Position numbers and translations under genes: made by a program. The notes under the pieces were generated by a model that had not been told where the DNA came from, ran no database searches, and worked only from the letters and a program-made list of their open reading frames with translations. Below are positions 55,563 to 64,000 of a DNA stretch of 64,000 nucleotides, one piece after another. Source of the DNA: Rhodospirillaceae bacterium (lineage in GTDB: Bacteria; Pseudomonadota; Alphaproteobacteria; GCA-2746255). Location of the stretch: positions 76,774 to 140,773 of the forward strand of contig NVWO01000004.1 in assembly GCA_002746255.1 (NCBI GenBank), in the 5' to 3' direction. Within the stretch, counting starts at the first letter, position 1; the number at the start of each line of letters is the position of its first letter.

Positions 55563-56546
55563 CTAGTGGCTAGCTATTTGGTCAGCAAGGGTGCCGACCG
55601 CTACCGCAAAATAGGTGGAGCGATTCCAGGCAAGAATCGCCCGGTAATTGCCATAAACCAGATAGGCTGGCCCTTTGTCACCTTCGCCCAGAATGATTGA
55701 GCCGGAAATTTCCGCCTTTGGAAGGTCCGCCCCATCCGCCCGGCGAACGCCCAGCCGTTGCCATTCCGAAATTGGCTTTTTGACTTTTAGTCCGACCTGG
55801 GCCGGGTCGAACCCTTCCGGCAGACGCACATGGCGGCCCCAGGTTTCTTTCCCGTTCCACCCGGATTTTGCAAGATAGTTTGCGGCCGAAGCAAACACGT
55901 CGGCGCGTGACGTCCAGATGTTGCGGCGGCCGTCCGCATCATAGTCCACGGCAAAGTTCAGAAAGCTCGTCGGCATGAACTGGCTCTGCCCCATGGCCCC
56001 GGCCCAGGAACCTGTCATCGCATCCGGCGCAATATGCCCTTCGTTCAAAATCTGAAGCGCAGCAAAAAGCTCTTTACGAAAATAGGCGCTTCGCCGGCCA
56101 TCGAAGGCCAGTGTAACCAACGCTTGCACGACGGAAAAACCGCCGGTAAGCCTGCCAAAATCCGTCTCGATTCCCCACAACGCCACCAGAAACTGTGGCT
56201 GCACGCCGTAACGTTTGGAAACGGCCTGCAAAAGATCGCGATTTTCCCGTAACTTCTTGCGGCCCCGCTCGATTCGGGAAGACGGAACGACCCGTGCCAG
56301 ATAGTCCTGAAAGGTGAGCGTGAATTCCGGCTGGCTGCGGTCAAGCTCAATCACACGTTCAAGCAGGGTAACGCCATCAAGGGCCGCGTTCAGGGTTTCG
56401 GGCCGGATCCCCTTGTCGGCTGCCTCTGCCCGAAGGGCAACAAGCCAAACGTCGAAATCCTCCGAAAGAGCCGGTTTTGATGCAAAGCTGCTCGCAAGAA
56501 ATAGAAAAACTGCGGCAAAAATTCCGAAACGAATGTTACCGAACAT
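55563..56546 (-). CDS. mltB: MltB-family lytic murein transglycosylase
   Basis: WGIETDFG, GSWAGAMGQSQFMP, WNRSTYF. Confidence 0.92.
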   Translation of the reverse strand: MFGNIRFGIFAAVFLFLASSFASKPALSEDFDVWLVALRAEAADKGIRPETLNAALDGVTLLERVIELDRSQPEFTLTFQDYLARVVPSSRIERGRKKLRENRDLLQAVSKRYGVQPQFLVALWGIETDFGRLTGGFSVVQALVTLAFDGRRSAYFRKELFAALQILNEGHIAPDAMTGSWAGAMGQSQFMPTSFLNFAVDYDADGRRNIWTSRADVFASAANYLAKSGWNGKETWGRHVRLPEGFDPAQVGLKVKKPISEWQRLGVRRADGADLPKAEISGSIILGEGDKGPAYLVYGNYRAILAWNRSTYFAVAVGTLADQIASH

Positions 56547-56685
56547 TACAATGTCACACGCTTAAATGGATCCACTGGCCGGATGTTTGTGCCACAGGAA
56601 CACAGGCCACCGCAAATTCTGGCAAGCTTTACGGTGGCACATGCCCAGAATCAGGATAGATTTGAGAACTGATTGGAGGAAAAGG

Positions 56686-57492
56686 ATGAAACGCCGCCTC
56701 ACCTTGCAAGCCATTTCCGCCCTTTCTGTCCTTTTGGCGATGGCTTTGCCGATGGCGCCAGCCTATGGCGAGGAAGGCACGCATTTCTTTAAATTAGGGA
56801 CGATCTTCCTCCCCAGAGCACTGACGCCCGAAAAAATGGTGGCGCTTCGCCACGAAGCCGCTGAACAGGGCGATCCGGGTGCCCAGTTTCGATGGGCCGA
56901 ACGCCTCTATAAACGCGTCAAACAACAACGCGCGATGCCTGCGGCAAAAGGCCGCGAAACATTTTTTGAGGAGGCCTTTTTCTGGTACGTGCAAGCCGCC
57001 GATCAGGGACATGCGGGGGCACAACGCCGTATAGCCGATTTCCACGCGACGGGTGAAGGCATCACACGCGATCCGAATAAATCGGCCCACCTCTACCGTC
57101 TTTCTGCGGATCAGGGCGACGCGCGCGCCGAATTGCGGATGGGTGTGCTCAACGAGGAAGGCCTGGGTCTACCGGCAAATCTTGAAAAAGCTATCTATTG
57201 GTACGAACGCGCTGCCAGGCGGGTCGCCTTTGCCAAAGTGGCCAATGTGGCGCGCTATCGCCTGGGAAAAATCCTTGCAACCACGCGCCAGAAGAAAAAC
57301 ACGCTCATTGACGCTTATATGTGGTTCGACCTTGCCGCAAAAAAAGGCCACAAGGAAGCCGATATGGAACGGCTAAAAATAGAAAAACGTCTGTCACTTG
57401 CACAGATTGTGAAAGCGAAGAAGCAGGCCCGTCAATGGACCAAAGGCCTGGAAAGCGCACAGGAACCGCTAACAAAGAAAAGCCCCTGGTGA
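56686..57492 (+). CDS. Secreted Sel1-repeat protein
   Basis: GGAGG SD, signal peptide, repeated AAEQG/AADQG/SADQG units, AYMWFDLAA. Confidence 0.85.
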   Translation: MKRRLTLQAISALSVLLAMALPMAPAYGEEGTHFFKLGTIFLPRALTPEKMVALRHEAAEQGDPGAQFRWAERLYKRVKQQRAMPAAKGRETFFEEAFFWYVQAADQGHAGAQRRIADFHATGEGITRDPNKSAHLYRLSADQGDARAELRMGVLNEEGLGLPANLEKAIYWYERAARRVAFAKVANVARYRLGKILATTRQKKNTLIDAYMWFDLAAKKGHKEADMERLKIEKRLSLAQIVKAKKQARQWTKGLESAQEPLTKKSPW

Positions 57493-57956
57493 ACCGACCC
57501 CTGCCTTGGGAAGGTTGGTTAGAAAATCATCCCCAGCCAATGCAGCATTGGCCAGGCGGCGGAAGAAAAGCAGTGGATTTAACATCTTAAAAATTAATCT
57601 GTAATCACCTGATTTTAAAAAATAAATTTTACACACATCAAGCGCAACCCCCTGACAAACCCTTGCCGGTGATGCATGCGAAAATGGGCTACCCATAAGA
57701 CATATTGGCCTAACCCATACGGATAGGAAAACCGCCGGAATCCCTGAAAATTCAGCCGCGTAGATTCCCTTGGCAGGATTTCGCTTCCTGTGTAAAATCG
57801 AGAGGAAATATGAAGTCCGTTCTGGAAGTACGTGTAACCTCTAAAATAAGCGGTTATATTTCGCTTGGAATTAGGCGTCCGCAATCGGTGGCCCGAAGTC
57901 TTTATGCACTTTTGCCGCTGTTTAAATGAGTGTCTCACCCATAGAGAAAGAAACCC

Positions 57957-58946
57957 ATGATCACCGCAGAAGATATGAAATTTCATAAACCCACCAGCGA
58001 CGACCCTGAGTGGGCAGAAACAAACTACTTCCCCTTCCATATCGAAGAAGCCGGCATTCAGATGGCCGCCTATGTCCTGACGCGCCCCAATCTTGGCGTC
58101 GTGCTTGCCGATGTCTTTGCGTATCAGGGTTCAAACCCAAGCCCGACGACCGCGCTTTATTATGACAAGCATGTCCACCTGCCAATCCAGGACAAGCTGG
58201 AAGATTATACCCTTGGGCTTGCAGGCGGTCTTTCCATTAAAGCCGTCAACGCGCCGATGGATTATCAAGTGGACTATGTCGGCTATGACGACACGGAATA
58301 CCACATTTACTACAAAGGCCTTAGTGAGCCTTATGACATTCATGACCCCAAGCAGGACCCGATTACTGCTGAAAACATGCAGAAGGAATCGAGCGACAGC
58401 TGGGGAAAAGGTGCCTATGCCGGGCATTTTGATCAATCGGCCCATGTCACAGGCGAAGCCAAAATTCAGGGCAAGTCTTACAAAGTCGATTGCATCACGA
58501 CGATGGACCACAGCTGGGGCCCACGCAGTGAGATGGCAATTCCAAACATGGCTTGGTTTCATGCCCATTTTGGCGAGGATTTGGCCATTCACTGCATCGC
58601 TTACATTGATCCGATCAACACGGACAAAGTTGGCCCAGTGCTTCATGGCTATGTCGTCGAAAACGGCAAACTTTACGGGATCGCCAAAGGCAACGGTCGG
58701 ACGACGCGTGAGCATTTGCTGCCAACGGGCATTGAGATGTCTGTGACCGATTCACGTGGCAAAACGTTCAACTTCGTCGGCAAGTCCGTTTCCACCTATG
58801 CATGGTTTGCGTGGCCAGGCCTCAATGTTCAGAGCGCACTTCTAAAATGGGATTGCGACGGCCGCACCGGCTGGGGCGAAACCCAGGACTGCCTCAGCAT
58901 GCGCTACGTCTGCGAGGCAAACCAAAAGATGATCAAAGCCGCGTAA
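57957..58946 (+). CDS. Hypothetical beta-rich enzyme-like protein (AttH/tocopherol-cyclase-like fold suspected)
   Basis: Clean 329-aa ORF; WAETNYF near N-terminus and DHSWGPR motif; followed by a terminator. Confidence 0.65.
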   Translation: MITAEDMKFHKPTSDDPEWAETNYFPFHIEEAGIQMAAYVLTRPNLGVVLADVFAYQGSNPSPTTALYYDKHVHLPIQDKLEDYTLGLAGGLSIKAVNAPMDYQVDYVGYDDTEYHIYYKGLSEPYDIHDPKQDPITAENMQKESSDSWGKGAYAGHFDQSAHVTGEAKIQGKSYKVDCITTMDHSWGPRSEMAIPNMAWFHAHFGEDLAIHCIAYIDPINTDKVGPVLHGYVVENGKLYGIAKGNGRTTREHLLPTGIEMSVTDSRGKTFNFVGKSVSTYAWFAWPGLNVQSALLKWDCDGRTGWGETQDCLSMRYVCEANQKMIKAA

Positions 58947-58977
58947 CGCCAATAGCCTGGCGCAGGCTTGTTCAAAC

Positions 58978-59013
58978 AACCGGAGGGAAAACAACTTCCC
59001 TCCGGTTTCTTTT
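58978..59013 (+). terminator. Rho-independent terminator
   Basis: AACCGGAGGGAA / TTCCCTCCGGTT 12-bp stem, 6-nt loop, T-rich tail. Confidence 0.85.
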
Positions 59014-59058
59014 GCGCTAATTCGCAAAAACGGGAAGATTGTCGATAAACTACCCCCT

Positions 59059-59148
59059 GGATGGGTGGCCGAGTGGTTGAAGGCACCGGTCTTGAAAACC
59101 GGCAGGCCCGCAAGGGTCTCGTGGGTTCGAATCCCACCCCATCCGCCA
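59059..59148 (+). tRNA. tRNA-Ser (anticodon TGA)
   Basis: GGATGGG/CCCATCC acceptor stem, CCGGT-CTTGAAA-ACCGG anticodon arm, long variable arm, GTTCGAATC, encoded CCA. Confidence 0.97.
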
Positions 59149-59445
59149 GTTATCTGTTTGCGCCTGTTCCTGCTTAGGCAGGATGCCATCCGCCTTCAAG
59201 GCGGAACCCGACTGCACAATCATGACGATGCGTCCCATGGCGTAAAGCACCCCTTTGTTTTCTGAAATGGCATCGCTATATTCCCTGCGGTTCCGCTCCC
59301 TCGACGGCCTGTATACCAAAGGGCTTTCGTGCGTAGGGCTGGTTAGGGTTAATCCCTTCCTTCCCACCGGGGCCGTTTTTTAAAATTCCCCCATAAACAA
59401 AGAGAGTCCGCGCTCTCCAGGAACAATCACCATGGCGAGATTCTC

Positions 59446-61362
59446 TTGCTGACCCTCAACCAGATCACCATGCGCCTCGGCGGGCATGTGGTGCTTGACT
59501 ACGCCTCAGCCACCTTGCCGTCGAAAAGCCGCGTTGGTCTCATAGGTCGAAACGGCGCCGGAAAATCGACCCTTCTCAAGATCATCGCCGGCATCCACCA
59601 CGCCGATGGCGGCACCGTCGACGCACCACGGGGAACCCGTATTGGTTATATCGCCCAGGACATGCCGGGCGGTGAGGCAACACCGTTCGAAACGGTGCTG
59701 GCAGCCGACACCGAACGCGCGCACCTGATGGTCGAAGCAGAAAGCACACAGGACGCCCACCGCATCGGCGAAATCCATGAACGCCTTGATGCCCTGGACG
59801 CCTATGCTGCCCCGGCACGCGCGTCGCGCATCCTGGCCGGCCTCGGCTTTGACGACGAGACGCAGCATCACCCACTCTCGTCCTTTTCCGGTGGCTGGCG
59901 CATGCGTGTCGCTTTGGCGTCCCTTCTGTTCTCCCGGCCCGATCTTTTGTTGCTGGATGAGCCATCAAACCATCTCGATCTTGAAGCCGTGATTTGGTTG
60001 GAATCGTTTCTCAAGACCTATCGCGGCACCGTGATCGTCGTTAGCCATGAACGCGATTTTCTAAACAATGTGACGGACCACATCCTCCATCTTGAGGGCG
60101 GCAAGACGACGCTTTATTCCGGCTCTTACGACGCGTTTGAACGCCAACGATGCGAACGCCAGGCCCAGGCCGATGCCATGCGTGTGAAACAGGAAGCCAA
60201 GCGCCAAAAGGTGCAGGCCTATGTCGATCGCTGGCGTTACAAAGCGCATACAGCCCGCCAGGCCCAAAGTCGCCTGAAGGCGCTTGCGCGCATGGCGCCG
60301 GTCACTGCCGCCGCCGAAGATGCCTCCATCCTGCTCGACTTTCCAAGCCCGAACGGATTGCGCCCCCCACTCGTCACCCTTGAAGAGGCCTCGGTCGGCT
60401 ATACCGCCGGCAAGCCTGTACTATCCAACCTCAATTTTCGGATCGATCCCGACGACCGCATCGCGCTGTTAGGCCGCAACGGAAATGGCAAGACAACCCT
60501 GGCGCGCCTGCTGTCCGGGTCCTTAAAGGCGATGTCCGGCACGATAACCACGAGCGCAAAGATGCATGTGGGCTATTTTGCCCAGCATCAGATTGAAGAA
60601 CTGGAACCTGACGACAGCCCACTGCAACACATGGTGCGACTGCTGCCGGACGCGAAGCAAAGCTTCGTTCGCGCCCAGTTGGGCCGCTTTGGCTTTTCAG
60701 GCGATAAGGCGAATTTAAAAGTTCATAAGCTTTCCGGCGGCGAACGCGCCAGGCTTGCTCTCGCGCTGATCACCCGTGATGCGCCACATATGCTTATTCT
60801 GGACGAACCCACCAACCATCTCGACATCGATACACGCGAAGCGCTGGTCGAAGGACTGAACGCGTATGGCGGTGCCGTCATCATCATCAGTCATGATCGC
60901 CATCTGCTTGAACTGACCGCCGACCGGCTGATCCTGATCGACAATGGCGCCGCTCAGGAATTCGATGGCAGTCTGGATGACTATCGCGATTTCATACTCG
61001 GTCGTGGCAATCGAAATTCCGGGGTCGAAGAAGACAAGCCAGCGCCACGTGCCAACCGCAAGGAAGAACGTCGCCGTAGAGCCGAGCTTCGCGAGCGCAC
61101 CCAAACGCTACGCAAAAAGATCGCCAAGGCCGAGCATGAAATAGCAGGTCTGGAAAAACAGATTGCCGAAATTGATCGCGCCCTGCTTGAACAAAGCGCC
61201 TATGAAGGTCCTCACAAAGGCATCCCCACAAACACGCTTGTCCAGATGCGCGCCAAAATTGACAAGCAACGCCTGACCACCGAGGCCAGCTGGCTAAAAT
61301 CCAGTCAGGTCATGGATGAAATGACGAAAGCCGAAACGTCGAAGCAGAATCTGACAGCATAA
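59446..61362 (+). CDS. ABC-F family translation-associated ATPase (YheS-like)
   Basis: Two NBDs (GRNGAGKS/FSGG/DEPSNHLD; GRNGNGKT/LSGG/DEPTNHLD), no TM, C-terminal coiled coil. Confidence 0.92.
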   Translation: MLTLNQITMRLGGHVVLDYASATLPSKSRVGLIGRNGAGKSTLLKIIAGIHHADGGTVDAPRGTRIGYIAQDMPGGEATPFETVLAADTERAHLMVEAESTQDAHRIGEIHERLDALDAYAAPARASRILAGLGFDDETQHHPLSSFSGGWRMRVALASLLFSRPDLLLLDEPSNHLDLEAVIWLESFLKTYRGTVIVVSHERDFLNNVTDHILHLEGGKTTLYSGSYDAFERQRCERQAQADAMRVKQEAKRQKVQAYVDRWRYKAHTARQAQSRLKALARMAPVTAAAEDASILLDFPSPNGLRPPLVTLEEASVGYTAGKPVLSNLNFRIDPDDRIALLGRNGNGKTTLARLLSGSLKAMSGTITTSAKMHVGYFAQHQIEELEPDDSPLQHMVRLLPDAKQSFVRAQLGRFGFSGDKANLKVHKLSGGERARLALALITRDAPHMLILDEPTNHLDIDTREALVEGLNAYGGAVIIISHDRHLLELTADRLILIDNGAAQEFDGSLDDYRDFILGRGNRNSGVEEDKPAPRANRKEERRRRAELRERTQTLRKKIAKAEHEIAGLEKQIAEIDRALLEQSAYEGPHKGIPTNTLVQMRAKIDKQRLTTEASWLKSSQVMDEMTKAETSKQNLTA

Positions 61363-61542
61363 AAAATTTTCTTAAAAAAAAGACCCCGCTTTTTAGGGCG
61401 AGGCCTTGAAGGAATGCCGAAATTTCGGCTGGGGGGGGGTGATTTCGGTGGAAACGAGGTTGGAATTGCCACCCGGCTTTCCGGTTTTTTTTATTATCTA
61501 CCGGGTGACAATTTTTCCAGACGCTCCCGAATTCCTTGATGC

Positions 61543-63189
61543 CTATTCCTTGTTAATGAAGGCCGCGATTTCCTTGCCCAGGGTTTCGGATTGCTGGGAC
61601 AGCTCGCTTGCAGCTTCCAGCACCTGTCCGGCGGATTGGCCGGCTTCGTCGGCGGCGGCAGCCACCTGCGAGATGGTGCCGGTCACTTCCTGGGTTCCGG
61701 TGGCGGCCTCCTGAACGTTGCGACTGATCTCAGAGGTCGCAGCGCCCTGTTCCTCGACGGCCGAGGCGATGCTTGCCGCAATCTCGTTGATCTCCTTGAT
61801 GGTCGAACCGATGCCCTTGATGGCGCTGACGGCTTCCCCGGTGGCACCCTGAATGGCGCTGATCTGATTGCCGATTTCCTCGGTCGCCTTGGCCGTCTGA
61901 TTGGCCAGATTCTTGACCTCGGAAGCCACAACCGCAAAGCCCCGACCGGCGTCGCCGGCGCGCGCCGCCTCGATGGTGGCGTTCAGGGCCAGCAGATTGG
62001 TCTGGCCGGCGATGTCGTTGATCAGGCTGACGACGTCGCCGATCTTCTGGGCCGCTTCGGCCAGGCCTTCGACGGTGACGTTCGTCTCTTCCGCCTGGGT
62101 GACGGCGTTCTGGGCCACTTCCGAGGATTTTGAGACCTGACGGCTGATTTCCGAGATCGAACTCGACAGCTCTTCGGCCGCCGCAGCGACCGTCTGGACG
62201 TTCGTCGTCGCTTCTTCGGCGGCGGCGGAAACCGAGGCGCTTTGCTCGCTGGTGCGTTTGGCAATCGACGACATCTCTTCGGCCGAGGCCTGCAATTCCG
62301 TCGAAGCCGACGCGACGGTTTGAACGACTCCCTTCACATGCCGTTCGAAATTGTTTGTCATGGTAACGATGTTCGTAATCACGCTCCAGGACAGCATGGG
62401 GCCGATATAGCCGCCATCTTTGTCCATGATGGCGGAAACCTTTAGATCCAGGGTCTCGTCGCCGATCTGGATGCGCGCCTGATGGGGCAGGTTCTTGGGA
62501 TCGGCGAGCAGCTTGCGCTGATGGGTCGGGTTTTTGTGGAAGATGTCGATGCATTGACCAAGCAGGGCATCGGCCTTGACCGGCAGCAGATGTTCCAGGG
62601 TTTTCAGGGTATCGATGCTGGTCTGGTTGATGTAATTGATCTCGAGCGTCTTGGGATCGCACATCATGACGTTGATCGGCATGTTGTCGACCATCTGGGT
62701 CAGACGTGCCGCATCCGCGTCCAGTTTTACTTTCTCGGTAATGACGCTCCAGGACAGCATGGGGCCGATGTAGTCGCCGTCTTTGTCCATGATGGCCGTG
62801 ACGAGAAGGTCCAGGGTCTCATCGCCGATCTGGATATGCGTCTGATGGGGCAGGTTTTTGGGATCGCCCAGCAGCTTGCGCTGATGCGATGGGTCTTTAT
62901 GAAAAATATCAATGCATTGGCCAAGCAACTCGTCGGCCTTGACCGGCAGCAGATGTTCCAGGGTTTTGAGAGTGTCGATGCTGGTCTGGTTGATGTAGTT
63001 GATCTTTAAATCGACCGGATCGCAGGTCATGACGTTGATCGGCATGGTGTCGATCATCTGGCGGAAATTTGCAAGCTGCTGTGCGATATCTTCGTATCGT
63101 TGCTCGCTGTTTGTTACGGTCGCCGATTCTTGCTCATCTATCGGTGTTTCGATTTCCTCTACCGCCAATTCTTGCCTATTCGTCTTCAT
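61543..63189 (-). CDS. Soluble methyl-accepting chemoreceptor with two Aer2-like PAS domains
   Basis: QTNLLALNATIEAARAGDAGRGFAVVASEVK hairpin; two DIFHKxPxHQR PAS repeats; no TM segment. Confidence 0.92.
   Translation of the reverse strand: MKTNRQELAVEEIETPIDEQESATVTNSEQRYEDIAQQLANFRQMIDTMPINVMTCDPVDLKINYINQTSIDTLKTLEHLLPVKADELLGQCIDIFHKDPSHQRKLLGDPKNLPHQTHIQIGDETLDLLVTAIMDKDGDYIGPMLSWSVITEKVKLDADAARLTQMVDNMPINVMMCDPKTLEINYINQTSIDTLKTLEHLLPVKADALLGQCIDIFHKNPTHQRKLLADPKNLPHQARIQIGDETLDLKVSAIMDKDGGYIGPMLSWSVITNIVTMTNNFERHVKGVVQTVASASTELQASAEEMSSIAKRTSEQSASVSAAAEEATTNVQTVAAAAEELSSSISEISRQVSKSSEVAQNAVTQAEETNVTVEGLAEAAQKIGDVVSLINDIAGQTNLLALNATIEAARAGDAGRGFAVVASEVKNLANQTAKATEEIGNQISAIQGATGEAVSAIKGIGSTIKEINEIAASIASAVEEQGAATSEISRNVQEAATGTQEVTGTISQVAAAADEAGQSAGQVLEAASELSQQSETLGKEIAAFINKE
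62374..63057 (-). repeat. Internal tandem duplication of the PAS domain (period 363 bp)
   Basis: 62737-63057 vs 62374-62694: 92/107 identical residues. Confidence 0.95.
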
Positions 63190-63324
63190 GGTTGCTGATC
63201 CTTCTCGATGCGATCCCTTGGATTCTGCAGTCATTACGGTCCGGCGGTGTTTCTTCCTGGCGTTGTTCCAGCAGCACAAAACACGTAATGGTTGAATGAT
63301 GAGGTCACTATCTCGCGTTAATCC

Positions 63325-63339
63325 TTAATACGCCATTAA
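63325..63339. promoter_or_regulatory. CtrA box
   Basis: TTAA-tacgcca-TTAA, exact TTAA-N7-TTAA, ~135 nt upstream of the chemoreceptor start. Confidence 0.7.
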
Positions 63340-63522
63340 TATGGCGTGTATTTTTACAAGAACACTATCGTATAAATTGCATAGAGACGTCCCGTGATCC
63401 GGGGCGGCCGGTTGCGGCGGCAAATTGTCTGCAAATACCGCCCTAGGACTTGACAGCATCGAGCCACGCGAACATGAAGGTCTGTCTCACATGAAGAAGG
63501 AAGAATGATGGAAGGAAAAGCC

Positions 63523-64000
63523 ATGCTTGCGGGCAAGGTTGTGTTGGTGACCGGGGCCGGTGGCGGCATCGGTCGGGAGATTGCCCTGCTTATGGGGGCA
63601 TCTGGCGCGCGCGTCGTTGTAAACGATATCGGGGCCAGTCTGTCCGGCGAAGGCAGCAGTCTTTCCCCTGCTGAGGACGTTGTGAAAACGATCTGTGCCG
63701 GTGGCGGCGAGGCGGTTGCCAATAGCGACAGTGTCGCGGAGGCGGCAGGTGCCGAACGGATGGTGCAAACCGCGATCGATGCCTTTGGGCGGATCGATTG
63801 CGTGGTCAACAACGCCGGGATTCTGAGAGACGGTATTTTTCACAAGATGACGGAAGCGGATTGGCGGGCGGTCATCGATGTCCATTTGAATGGGGCGTTT
63901 CTGGTGTCCCGCGCGGCGGCGCCTCATTTTCGCAAGCAGGAAGGCGGCAGCTACGTCCACATGACTTCGACCTCGGGTCTCATCGGTAATTTTGGCCAGG
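63523..64000 (+). CDS. SDR oxidoreductase, 3-hydroxyacyl-CoA dehydrogenase-like (partial, runs off window)
   Basis: Manual translation: GKVVLVTGAGGGIG, VVVNDIG, VNNAGILRD, TSTSGLIGNFGQ; absent from the ORF track. Confidence 0.92.
   Translation, partial: MLAGKVVLVTGAGGGIGREIALLMGASGARVVVNDIGASLSGEGSSLSPAEDVVKTICAGGGEAVANSDSVAEAAGAERMVQTAIDAFGRIDCVVNNAGILRDGIFHKMTEADWRAVIDVHLNGAFLVSRAAAPHFRKQEGGSYVHMTSTSGLIGNFGQ

Noticed and set aside
57578..57598. Cluster of TTAA half-sites as a CtrA box
   Set aside because: Spacings are 4, 3 and 11 nt, not 7
59050..59367. ORFs overlapping tRNA-Ser
   Set aside because: Spurious translations of the tRNA and its flanks

Overview
Core chromosomal segment of an alphaproteobacterium; the gene order and protein sequences look Rhodospirillales-like. 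Most of the window is conserved housekeeping synteny: lpxD-fabZ-lpxA-lpxI-lpxB, gltA/gltX, comEC, lexA-moeA-moaC-trpCDG, trpE-ppiD, tpiA-secG-pyrG-kdsA-eno-ftsB, pdhABC-lpdA-lipA, ispDF, ntrBC-trkA-dat-hfq-hflX, metG-holB-tmk-dacA-rlpA-mltB and tRNA-Ser. The most unusual region is a ~3.7 kb island (17255-20960) in the trp region. It is bracketed by a 323-bp direct repeat of the trpE 3' end (14 mismatches, 9 synonymous) and has no integrase. It encodes an outer-membrane protein, a ZnuA/TroA-like binding protein and an ABC-3 permease with no ATPase. These genes are preceded by a small CxxC...RAPP (DUF2946-like) leader ORF. The Pro-Pro-Leu-Leu-stop codons of that leader are complementary to the Shine-Dalgarno region of the next gene, which predicts a metal-sensing ribosome-stalling translational switch. 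Other departures from expected synteny are a copA insertion, missing dusB and ntrYX, an isolated bioH-bioC pair, accessory genes around tRNA-Ser, and a soluble Aer2-like chemoreceptor with two 86%-identical PAS domains behind a perfect CtrA box. All calls come from reading the sequence; no database search or folding program was run.
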